Origin: Phoronis australis | Taxonomy: Eukaryota > Animalia > Phoronida | Assembly (NCBI GenBank): GCA_002633005.1 | Contig: NMRA01000593.1 | Coordinates: forward strand, 194,880-258,879 | DNA length: 64,000 nt | Direction of reading: 5' to 3' | Shown here: one piece after another, positions 1 to 11,556 of the stretch | How positions within the stretch are numbered: the first letter of the stretch is position 1 | Layout of the letters: the number at the start of each line of letters is the position of its first letter | The notes under the pieces: model-generated | Seen by the model: the letters and a program-made list of their open reading frames with translations, nothing else | The model's database searches: none | Told to the model about the DNA's origin: nothing | Translations under genes and position numbers: made by a program

Positions 1-575
1 ATTCAAAAAAGGAATAGATTTTTCATTAAACTTCTTAATTTGTTCCTTAAGTACAAAAATGTGGCATGTTAAAAATTGAAATTGCGAAGCCCTTTCATCA
101 ACTGAACTTGCATCAGATGAGCTATAATTAAAGGTGTATTTCGTCCTGTTCAGCTAAGCTAAAAATGGAAATATAATGGCATTTCACCCCACATGAAATC
201 AGTCTCATAATATTCCTTATTGTGACATCACTCCATTACCATTACCAAGAAGATCGTCAAAACCATTAGTGACTCAAGAAAACGTTCTACAGTTTATTGC
301 TGTTGGCCTACCCCAAAATTGTGAATTCGAAAAAGAAACGTGGAGACATTTCCTGTGACCTCTGTTGCCTGCTCACCTGGCAACAACTCAAAATCGGATG
401 AGCGAGGTCACGTCTTTAAACCTCAAAGTTCTGTGGTTAAGAATCCAACATTGATAGCTAAACAGGAGCTAATTACATCAAGACAATAACAACAAAGCTT
501 AGAAAAGTGCATCAAACCCACTCTATTACTAGTAATGATAATGTAGCACAGCGCCCCCTCGAGATTGAATTTTAC

Positions 576-3500
576 CGTGGCCAAAAACAGTTCCGTTGGC
601 ATTTCCAGACAGCCGGAAGTCAAGATTCTGTTCACATATGATGTCGATCAGATGTGAGCTGGTGCCATGAAACAGGTGTTTTTCGTTCAAGCCTGTGGGG
701 CCATTCTTCTCCAACATCAGATTTTTGTGTCTGTGAATAGGCGCATTAATATACAAATGTATAAAAATAACTAATTGTTAATTACTGCATTTGTAGAGGC
801 TCTCTACAGGGAGAATGCCTGACGCAATGTCACATTGTTTAAGCACTTACTGCACATATGTCACATTGCTAAAACCATTGTATGTAAAGATACCATAGCT
901 CCCAGTAAATGGAAGTATATTCCTTAGAATGTGTGGCTAAGCGGTTTGAGCTCTGGACTCCCGTTTGGGAGACCCAGGTTCAAATCCTGGCTTCAATCGA
1001 GCAAACAATCGAGCATTGCACAAAAGTGTCTCCTACTGCTCTGAGCAAGTTTCGATAAAGAATGTCATTGGGAATCCATTCTATTCATTAAACTACTACC
1101 AGATATTTCACCAAGAATGGTGCAGACAGTCAACTACACAAAATTTGTCTAATTTCACTCTATCACACTCATTGAAAAAGCATAAAATCGTCATTGTGAC
1201 TCACAACGAGTAACATCGCCACAGATGAGGATTCTCGACCCGTTCAATGGAGGTAATGGTGGCACTCATGGTGAGGTAGAACTTAGCGGCGACCTCCTTG
1301 TACTCTTGAGAGTCCCCTTCCAGCAGTATTTTCACAAAGCCCTGAAAGCAACAATGGAGGAACATGGAGTTTTATGAAATAAACGATAAGTAAATTATTT
1401 ATAATTTGTGGACGGACTTAAAATGAGTTTGGTTCAAGTTTAAGTACATTCATATAATATTCCAGGATCCTGGCTGTTAAAAGTGGATGTACGCCACTCA
1501 GTATAACCCTATACAGCACACACCAGAAGAAATCTGACAATATTGTGTCTCCATAATGACTGGCCATTCTACCTACTATGCTGATGAATTGTACTTGCAC
1601 TGCGCCAGGTAATTCATTTTGCACTCAGCTGACACGACAGGGAATTCTGGGTCATTTTGTCAGATTGCATTTGGTGTCTACTATAAATAAGCTGATATCT
1701 CCAGAAAGTAATTGCAGATCACAGCACAGCAGTAAAACTAGTTGGCGTTGGAAGGGCAAACAGAGTAATGCCACTAAGAAAAACTTGCAAAGAATCAAAC
1801 AACAACCAACAACATGTGGAACTCCAATGGCACGAAAATGAGGCAGCAAATGTGCCACGAAGATATTTGCTGCATTGTGGGTAAATACAGCGAGATTTGA
1901 GTGTCACAGTGTAATCCTGGACGACCCTATTTAAAGCTGGATTTCATCACACTTAGCTTTCAATGTTGAATTCTTAACCAAAGTGCTTTGGGGTTTAAAA
2001 ACATGACCACGTTCATCCAATCTCGAATTGTAGTGGAACAAGTCAGCAACTCAGGGCACAGGCAATGTGTTCATGTGCCATTTCAAATTCATAATTTTGG
2101 GGTTGACCCACTAGAATAAACTCTTATGAATTTTTTGAGTCGCCGATTATTTTAATGTTCTTGTTGGTGACAGATTGGAATAGAATCATATCACAGTAAA
2201 GAATATTGGAAGACTCATTTTATAAGAGTAAAAGTCCTAAACTCAATTTTTGTTTTTTCACAAATGAACAGGACAAATTGCAATTTTAAAATTATCTTTC
2301 CACTTTCATGGAGCAAAAATTTCTTCAGTTCCATTAAAAGTGATTGCTGCAGCGTACAAGTCCTTGGAACAAAATACAATTTGCTGTTCATTTCCTGTTG
2401 AGAAATTCAACAAAATCAAATTTCACTTTTCCGCCACATTACATTTTAAACCAAAGCAAGTCTGCTGAGGTAAGAAAAAATCTTTCTCCTCTCCCTGTGA
2501 CACTAGGCCAGTGTATATGAAGTGTACACCTACTCTCACCTGTTTAGAAGGGTCCCTGGTTACCCAGTTGTCAGGTATGTCTGGACTCTTCTCTATTCCA
2601 CATTGACTGTGAGTAGAATTCTCATCCTCAGTGAACTCTTGTTTACAATAGCGGCACGTGGACTGAAATCAAACACAGGACAAAATTAAACAAACGTCTT
2701 TTGGTGACAACAATTGAAATTACCATGGTCTCAGGATGTGAATTCCAATCCTGAAAGTACTCAAACAATTTGAATTTCAGTTTTTCAGTATCTAAATGTG
2801 AAATTCAAAAGTTATACTTAAATTTCTCATATTTTCCATTGATCAGTATTAGCTCTAAAGACAAGTGCCTTTAATTTTGCACCCGTCTATATTATATATG
2901 ATACCATGGCACTTTTTTATTGCCTGGCTGACATAACAAAACGGACTCTTTCGAACAAAATACCTAAACCGTGTACTACAACACACTACCCACAACGGGA
3001 CGGTGTATTCCTGCAAACCACATACTAGACAAAAATAAAATACATTTCTTTTATCCTCAATCTCCAGCTATATATCAAGTAAACCCATCAGTTAACTACA
3101 TCCACCTGTTGCCAGACACTACATTTACCTGTCTACACTGCGGACAAGTTAGCACCTTCACATCATCATCAAGATGGACAACCAAATTACAACCGGGGCA
3201 GCTAAAGAGAACAAAGAGGAGAATTGCACGACAGTCAAGCAGGTAAACACAAACACAAACAACAAAATAGGCAGAACCCAAGAAAAATTCCAAATTTGCC
3301 TATCTTCACAGTGAACACCATACTTCAGAAGTGCTTAATCGGATTCATATGAAACTTTCGAGCTCATAACTTTTTCGTGAATGCCCACAATTTTTGAAAA
3401 TATTGTCCGAGTCGTAGCTATGGTAACAGAAGGGTACACATGGAATAGCAAGAATTGGTTCCAACACGTCTTTGATGGAAAAATGGGAAATAAACATTCA

Positions 3501-6500
3501 CCACATTGTGTCCTAAATTGATGAGATTTTTATCATAGATAAAGACTGAATTTCCAAGCTCAAAAATAAGCTCATAACCAGATTCAAGATCTTTCACACA
3601 GAACACTTACGCAATCATGCCTTGTGCATTCTCAATTTCCTTCAAGGCATCATGCTCCATGCGCTCTTCAATGGCATCAACGATAAATGATGGCAAGATC
3701 TTTCGAAGTTCAACTGTAAGTCAAAGAAGAAGGAAATTGAAATTAGAAAAAGGTCTTGTCGAAGTAATGTGGGATTTCAACAGGTAGTGTCAACATAATT
3801 GATTGTTCCCTGCCCCTAACATAATTGATTGTTCACTTCCCAAAAGTAATTTCATTAATAGTGACCTGGCAATGAACTTACCATTCAAGCACATCATCAT
3901 GTGCATTACATGTCTAAAGTCTACAAATGACTTAATTATCCAATACATGAAACATAATTGCAAGTAGTTTATCCCGTTCAATTCGCCATCTTTTTGATCA
4001 CATCACGTGACCTAATGTATAATATAAGTCCGAAAAGATTTCTGCCCCCGACCGGGACTCGAACCCAGGACCTTCTGCTAACCGTGCAGACGCTCCATCC
4101 ACTGAGCCATCGGGACCACTGGTCAGACACAGAAATCCAATCGGACTTAGTAGTGGGCATCTTGCCCATGATCTCCATTGTGTACGTAAATATCATCTTT
4201 TTCACATTAGGTCACGTGATGTGATCAAAAAGATGGCGGATTGAACAAAAAGATGGCGGATTGAACGGGATAAACTACTTGCAACATATTCCAAGCCTCA
4301 CTTAAAAAGATGATATTTACATGAAAAATATTATTAAGTGAAATAACTGGCTCACAGTATCACATCATTGTTTGCATAGCAAGCTCCTTTCCAAGAAGAC
4401 AGAGCTTTTTGCATTTTCGCATTATCAACAAACCTGACATTACTAGCGGAGTTACATTTACATAATACACTTCCTATAAAGGTGTTAGGTGAATTCATAA
4501 GGCTTAACCACACGCCACCTGTTGAGATGGCACCACATTACCTAATGGTATGGAGTACCCACAATCCTTCACTGGGCAGTCAACAGAAAACTGTAACAAA
4601 GAAACTTTAATCAGTATCTCATTCATGAACCTAACACTACACAGAGATAAAATCACAGGCAGGACAAAGTGGGCAACAGAATATTTTTGTTAAGAAATTT
4701 TCACCAGGCAAATTGCAATAATGAAAAAAATATAATCGACAACTGAAATTTTGCGTAAATGACACTCTATAAGATTTTGTAACCTGGACTATATACTTAT
4801 GAAGGACACATTCATTGATAATAGAAAAATAATGTAATATCAAGTACGACCTAAGTTACCTCTTTGCCTTGGCCTTTAATGGCTTTCTTTGCATTATCTT
4901 CCATACATTTCCCACAAGTCAGGTGACCATCAAAGCAGACAACGAGCTTGTCGGGCAAGAATAAGGTCGAACAGGAGTCACAGGGAAACTTACTCTCTAA
5001 GGTTGGAGGAAAAGTACTTGTAATATTAAGAAGAGAAAACAAAGGTTGGTATGTTATTTAATAATTGCCTGTTCATATAACATAATGCAATCAAAGGTAT
5101 TCTTCAAATCAATCAAATTTCGTAAATTGACAAATAAACCAAGCTAGTGTGCTGAATTAGAGGAGAAATACTGTATTAAGGGGAACTGAATCAAAAACAA
5201 ACTTAAAACAAATAAGTTACCTGCATCGTCTTTTGTTGAATTGTGTTTAACAGGAGAGAGATTAATCCACGGCGACTCCCTGTCAGTATCATCATCAAGT
5301 AAACTCCTAGCCAGTTCATCATCGGTATCATCATTAAGTGACCCGTCATCACCATTGCGGGCATCATTGACCTCTCTTCGACGTCTACCTTTTAAAACTA
5401 CCCGTGGTAAATGTTCCTCATATGACCTACTAAGGTATTCTTCGGCATTACCTGAGACGGGTGACATCTTATTGGTCCCACCATTGCGCTCAGATAAACC
5501 GTTGGATTTTTTCGGACTATCGTCAATATAAATTGACGCCGCTGAAGACGAAAAATTCCTCTTCTTACTCCTATTTTTCGATACTAAACTAAGACTTGGC
5601 AATGCGTCGTCATCATTCCCAATGTTTAAAACACTTGGTAAAATATCTCCATCAGATTCGTCACTGCTGTGGTCACCAGTTCCAATCACTATCGATGACA
5701 ACCGCTCCATCGATGAATTAATATACCTGCCCTTTGAAATGCCTCCAATCGCACGGCCATTACTTGTCTTAACAACAGAACCACTGGGCTTCTCAGATTT
5801 GTTTTTAAACAAATACTTTGTCCCATTTGCAAGTCCTTTACCCTTGCTACGAGAAACAACATGTTCATTGACAATTTCTTCATCCGCCAGTTCGTCATAA
5901 TCTGGCAATGAAGCTGAATAATCAACAAGTTTAGCACGTTTTGCGATAAACTCTGGTTCACCTGTAGAGCTCCCATTTGATCTGTCCACCAAATGTTTCC
6001 CTTCAGTACCGTCACCAAATCCATTACTTTTGCACGTCATTTCATTTGACCCCAAAGCAGAGCCTTCCCTCACCAACTTCCTTTTCTGAGAATGCGCTTC
6101 ACCATTTTTCTCATTTGGCGAAGTGGCAATTACGGTAGTCGCACTGACTTTAGGATATTCAGTCATGGAAGAGATGTAACCACATACACGGTCACTGAGA
6201 CCTTCGGTGCCGTATAACTGTCCCATGTCCGTCATCAACGACGTCAGCCATTTCTTATCCACTTCAGGGAAAATACTCGCCTGATTGAAGACAAAGAAAT
6301 AACAAAAGAAATTCAGCAGACACTCGAATCTGTCTAAAATAGATTCATCACGATGACGCAGAATTGTAAGAATTTCATTTTCCATTCAAAATGTATATGG
6401 GAACAGATTTTCTGTTGACATTTTATTCTGGGACTGGAAGACGTTTCAACACACAATACACAGATCAATGTAAGTTACAAATTCTAAACTGAGCTTAAAC

Positions 6501-6713
6501 ATGTCATTTGACCAAGGCAGAAAACAAATAAAGTTTGTTCTGTAAAGCATTATTCTGTTAAATACTTCACAACGCCCTATTGAAGCAGTATTAAAATGAG
6601 TGAAATTTCCAGATAAAATTAAAAAGGATCTCACAGTTAAAAAAGTTTCAAGAATATTTAGCACTCACCACAGCTTTGAAAGAATCTTCTGAAATAGGTC
6701 GACAGTCAGCCAT
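576..6713 (-). CDS. Multi-exon gene (3'-incomplete): N-terminal CUE/UBA-like helix bundle + long disordered region + RBR-type RING1 and IBR zinc fingers + PARP (mono-ART-like) catalytic domain
   Basis: Hand-spliced exons, all GT-AG and phase-consistent: 6713-6669 (MADCRPISEDSFKAV), 6280-5221 (ASIFPEVDKKWL...KDDA), 4996-4860 (ESKFPCDSC...CFDGHLTCGKC...), 4590-4542 (FSVDCPVKDCG), 3713-3611, 3201-3129 (CPGC...CPQCRQ), 2662-2540 (STCRYC...H..C...PDNW), 1341-1205 (DSQEYKEVAAKFYLTM..ITSIERVENPHLWRCY), 730-576 (NEKHLFHGTS...ICEQNLDFRLSG..GTVFGHG). About 627 codons lie in the window. The next PARP exon (GxYFA) was not found, so the gene runs off the left edge. Confidence 0.85.
932..992 (+). repeat. 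tRNA-derived SINE head remnant
   Basis: A-box-like TGGCTAAGCGG and B-box GGTTCAAATCC at tRNA-like spacing; no intact acceptor stem; intronic. Confidence 0.5.
3958..4284. mobile_element. ~330-bp element with ~60-bp inverted arms enclosing a tRNA-like sequence (4044-4116, minus)
   Basis: Arm 3958-4018 (TTGCAAGTAGTTTATCCCGTTCAA...CACGTGACCTAATGT) is the reverse complement of 4204-4284, which carries an extra ~20-bp duplication. The minus-strand core reads GTCCCGATGGCTCAGTGGATGGAGCGTCTGCACGGTTAGCAGAAGGTCCTGGGTTCGAGTCCCGGTCGGGGGC. Confidence 0.7.
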
Positions 6714-6884
6714 CTTTTCTGAAGTTCAGCGGATCAGTTCAATCCCCAGTTCAGTTGAAGCCTCAGCACTGTTTAAACTTATCCTCACTAAATTATTCAA
6801 CTATGTCCACTTGATCAGTCATTTATGATATCTCTAAATCCATTTTTCCTGATAGTCCTCCATAGAGTTTCTAGCAGAAAGAGC
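6714..6884 (-). promoter_or_regulatory. 5'UTR portion of the start-codon exon of the RING-IBR-PARP gene, with three short uORFs
   Basis: TTACAG acceptor at 6885-6890 (minus); an in-frame TGA lies just upstream of ATG 6713; uORFs MEDYQEKWI*, MDLEIS* and MTDQVDIVE*. Confidence 0.45.
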
Positions 6885-6941
6885 CTGTAATTAAATATTA
6901 AATTAGTTTACCAAATCGGAACTCTTTTTTGAGATCTATAT

Positions 6942-6961
6942 TGAACTTTGAACTTTGAACT
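6942..6961 (-). promoter_or_regulatory. Triple AGTTCA half-site array (DR1-DR1), candidate nuclear-receptor element
   Basis: Plus strand TGAACT-T-TGAACT-T-TGAACT, about 57 bp from the acceptor of the start-codon exon. It may simply be a 7-bp microrepeat. Confidence 0.3.
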
Positions 6962-8007
6962 TGGAGCAGTCCTTTGTTGACTTATTATACCACTAGCATG
7001 CCCGTTTGGTGACATCAGCAACATCAAGAGCAACATCTATCACCAATTATCATTTGCTGGAATGGTGAAGGAAGCATCCTTTTGAGAATTTGACACCGAT
7101 CCGTAAGTTTCAGAAAACTTGCATTATTTGTTGATATTACTGGCAAAATTGTCTTTTTATTTGCTTATTTTTTTTTGGATTAACCTACAAGTCTTGGGAG
7201 GCCCCACGAGTGAGATTGAGTGTGCTTATGTAAAAAACTTGTTTCATAATATTGCATCTATCAGGGCTTGGTTGTATAAAACTTCAAAATTATCCACTGG
7301 ATAAGTCTGATTGTTGCATGACGTCAGGTGCATTGTTCAACAATAACATGTGACACGTGATAATGCGACGTCATTGTTACTATATGGCACATGAATTTTA
7401 TGCAACTGAGCCATGTATGCAAGAATACTTTTTAAAAAAAACTATCAGATTGTAATTTTTTTCAAAGATATAGTTACGCGTTGCAAATTAGATCCAGTAA
7501 ACCTTTAATTGATTTAGGCAAGAATGTACTATAAGAATGGCATAATCCGTTTTCTTAATGTGTTCATTAAAAAATTTCACCACTAGATGTCGGTTCTGAT
7601 GTTGATGACTTCACTGAAAGGGTTCACAGCTAAACAAAAAAGCCTCCTTCAGAGTTCAATAATAAACGAGGAGAGTTAAAATGTGGAGAGAAATCCACGT
7701 ACATGACTTGTCAAAAGTAATGTTTCCCATCACGAACGCTGTCATGACCTGCCATTTTAGCATTTGCACTGAGCCGTCATGATACGAAATTATGCTTACA
7801 TTCACGTGTTTGTGTAATGAATTCAGAGTCACTTTAAATGTCTCTTGAGCACGTGGATACGTTCACAACTCTAGCTTAACACATAACAAAGTTACGCCAG
7901 TTCAAAGTGGGACCGATATATCCGACTAGTGTTGCATTGGTGTTTTAAATTACTTTTTAACAAAAGAAAAATAACTAAAAACAGCCATCCAAAAAATAAT
8001 AATGTGG

Positions 8008-10101
8008 TGAACCATTTCATATCGCATAATCATCCTCAACTTGTCATTTGGGCAAGATAGATCATTGCTGTTGGCGGTGTCACTTGCTTAGACTTGGAGC
8101 CCCTTCTGTGTTGGCGGTATCAGTGCCATTTTTGTCATTGATCGAGGACAGCAGCCCATTACGAGATATCAGCATTTTGAGGAAATCCCTGGATTCAGGG
8201 GATATAACGTCATACCACCTGCTGTGCGCAGTGTTAAAAATGGCCAGTTTCAAATTTTGGGAACTGAACGATGGACTACTCTAATAAAAAGTTTGATAAC
8301 GAAAGAATTTGTTTGAGTTGGAAGGAATTAAAGGCATCTACGGCCTCCTAAGCTGTCCCTCTATGAGCAAAACCTACTAACTTATAACATGATTTTGAGG
8401 ATTTTAATCAGTGTGAAGCATAACTCGCCAAAAAGCTTCCGGAGTATGAAGTGCCTACAGGAGCTTCACCGTCTCTACTGAACCAGGTAGAGACGGTGGT
8501 CACTGTCCGGTGGTCTCCTAGCCTAGTCAGCCTGGCTGATAGACAGTGATCACCGTCTCTAGCTGAGTAGCCCAGTAGAGACAGTGGAGCTGCATACGCC
8601 AAAAGCTTTTCGGTGAATTATGCTTCACACTGACTAAAAAATCAAAGTCACGTTATAAATACCTTTTGCACATAGACAGACACCTTAGGAAGTCGTCGAT
8701 GTATTGAATTCCTACCAACTCGAAGATATACTCCCGTTATCAAACTTTTTCTTCAAACTGTCCCTCGTTCAGTGAACCCAAAATCGGTAACTCGCCATTT
8801 TTAACACTGGACACGGCAGGTGGTATGACGTCATATCTCCTGCCATGCGGGTGTAAAAATGGCAAGTTACCGATTTTTGGGAACTGAACTGGGGACTGAT
8901 TGAAAAAAAAGTTTGATAACGGCAGTATTTCTTCGAGTTAAAAGTAATTAAATACATCGACGGCCTAATAAGGTGTCCCTCTATGTGCAAAAGGTATTTA
9001 TAANGAACCATTTCATATCGCATAATCATCCTCAACTTGTCATTTGGGCAAGATAGATCATTGCTGTTGGCGGTGTCACTTGCTTAGACTTGGAGCCCCT
9101 TCTGTGTTGGCGGCATAAGTGCCATTTTTGTCATTGATCGAGGACAGCAGCCCATTACGAGATATCAGCATTTTGAGGAAATCCCTGGATTCAGGGGATA
9201 TAACGTCATACCACCTGCTGTGCGCAGTGTTAAAAATGGCCAGTTTCCAATTTTGGGAACTGAACGATGGACTGCTCGAATAAAAAGTTTGATAATGAAA
9301 GTATTTGTTTGAGTTGGAAGGAATTAAAGGCATCTACGGCCTCCTAAGCTGTCCCTCTATGAGCAAAACGTACTAAATTATAACATGATTTTGATGATTT
9401 TAATCAGTGTGAAGCATAACTCGCCAAAAAGCTTCCGGAGTATGAAGTGCCTATAGGATCGTCATCGTCTCTACTGAACCAGGTAGAGACAGTGGTCACT
9501 GTGTCTCCTAGACTAGTCAGCCTGGCTGATAGACAGTGATCACCGTCTCTAGCTGAGTAGCCCAGTAGAGACAGTGGAGCTCCTATAGGAGCTGCATACG
9601 CCAAAAGCTTTTCGGTGAATTATGCTTCATACTGACTAAAAAATCAAAGTCACGTTATAAATACCTTTTGCACATAGAGGGACACTTTAGGAAGTTGTCG
9701 ATGTATTTAATTCCTTCAGGCTCGAAGAAATGCTCCCGTTATCAAACTTTTTCTTCAAACTGTCCCTCGTTCAGTGAACCCAAAATCGGTAACTCGCCAT
9801 TTTTAACACTGGGCACGGCAGGTGGTATGACGTCATATCTCCTGCCATGCGGGTGTAAAAATGGCAAGTTACCGATTTTTGGGAACTGAACGGGAGACTG
9901 ATTGAAGAAAAAGTTTGATAACGGCAGTATTTCTTCGAGTTAAAAGTAATTAAATACATCGACGGCCTAATAAGGTGTCCTTCTATGTGCAAAAGGTATT
10001 TATAACAACATGACTTTGATGTTTAAGTAAGTGTGAGGCATAATTCGCCGAAAAGCTTCCGGCGTATGAAGCTCCTGTAGGAGTTCCGCCGTCTCTACTG
10101 A
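8008..10101. repeat. ~1-kb direct duplication (8008-9003 / 9005-~10000) of a foldback repeat built from alternately oriented ~270-bp arms
   Basis: GAACCATTTCATATCGCATAATCATCC begins both copies and an N at 9004 joins them. Each copy reads arm A, palindromic spacer, inverted arm A', arm A, with symmetry centres near 8525, 8830, 9520 and 9835. Confidence 0.85.
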
Positions 10102-10197
10102 GCTAGGCAACACGTAGCCCCTCCGTTGGCCAGTTAGATGTTACTAGTGCAATACTTCCCATCGCTTTCTGTACTAATTTCGTCTCGTGTATTTTCA

Positions 10198-11556
10198 ATG
10201 GGCGGTAGGCGAAATCCACACACCGATTAAGAGTTTTCACCATTTTAAAAATATCTACACTGATAACTATCACTTAAAAAGACGCTTACTTTCTTCATTG
10301 ATCCTTTTTGCTTCTACACAAATCTTTAATGAAGCATAGCTATGAGAATTAAGGTGACTTTGGTGAAGAACTCCAACTCCACTTTTTTGGTCATCGTTAA
10401 GTTTTTGACTGTGTGCGTGATAACCACAAATTTTTTAACTTGAGTCACGTGGGCTAGGCAAAGGCTAGTGCGAGACTGAGCGAAACGTGTGACATGGCAA
10501 TGAAACTTGCAAATGTGTTAGATTTGCGTCCCTTGGACTATTTGTTCATCAACAGGCATGATTTCATGTAACTTCCTCAAAATGGCACCCGGTGAGAGAG
10601 TCATGGTACCTGTTAGCCAGCCAGCTAGCTGTATGAAGACCGTCGTCAAAATACAGCTAGGTACCACTGTGTGTATTTCTTCCGAAAACCCCGAAATTGC
10701 ACACAGCCGGGGTAGATCTGCTCGTCAACTCGCTGTGAAGCCTGTATCAATATGTAAAGCTAAAGACCGGACGGGGTGCATGCAAAATCTGGGAATCAAC
10801 CGACACTCACCTTGCCCGTTACAGCCGTTTAAGTGAAAAACAATGCAATAAATGTCATTTTCTTGCATAACTCTCCGCCTTTTCTAACAATGAAAAGTAT
10901 GTCTTTGTTTTGAAAACAGTACGCTCATGTCACGCGCATGTGCTATTTCCGAATTTTTTTGCGACATCTCTCGGGAGATGATGGTAGTTTGACAGCAGCA
11001 AAATTTCTTCTGAAATTCGGTTTTTCGGTATCAAAATTCTAAAAACTTGTAATGAAGTGAAACCAGTTCTGATAATTTGTTGTGACGTGTACGCAACCTC
11101 GTGAAAGAAGAACAGTTGATTGCAGAATCGGCAAAAAAATGAACTGGCCAATAGGTGACGCAATATTTCATGGCACCGAAAGCCGTCACTAAAGATCGCT
11201 CCACAACTTCAGCAGCAGAATAACGGTAGAACGCCATTTTTTCCAACACCGTCAAATAATTTAGTTTACACAAGGAAGACTGCAGTTTTTAATGACACTA
11301 ATTCTGTGTCACATTTTATCTTACCACTTTTTTACCCACATCTGTGCAAAGCTGTATATTTACTAGTATACAGAACATACACCTATGTACCAAGTCTACC
11401 AAGGCTAGGCTTAACTGTTCATTATAACTCTATGAGCAAACATGCATGTTTCATTCGATTTTGTTTGTTGTGTTTTTGAATGAGTAAATTTTTATGGGGA
11501 TGTACTATCGCCCCTGTATGCCTGCAGCATTCACTCAGGGCGATGTAACTGCCTAC
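10198..11556. mobile_element. Dispersed repeat / probable non-autonomous DNA transposon (longer copy)
   Basis: 10200-10600 aligns with 39278-39701 and 11510-11550 aligns with 39875-39920. The ends GGGCGGTAGGC / GCCTACTACAC are imperfect inverted termini. Superfamily not determined. Confidence 0.55.

Noticed and set aside
1-575. Next PARP exon (GxYFA motif)
   Set aside because: No phase-1 exon with this motif was found. It is presumed to lie outside the window.
4044-4116. Functional tRNA-Thr(GGT) gene
   Set aside because: The anticodon loop lacks U33 and purine-37, the acceptor stem is mismatched at its end, and the sequence is embedded in an inverted-repeat element.
5144-6385. 413-aa ORF as a stand-alone gene
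   Set aside because: Its ends are intronic read-through. The real exon is 6280-5221, bounded by a CAG acceptor and a GTAA donor.
8048-9992. Duplicated short ORFs (MAYAAP..., MHIEGH...)
   Set aside because: They arise from the repeated arms, are broken differently between copies and show no recognisable domain.
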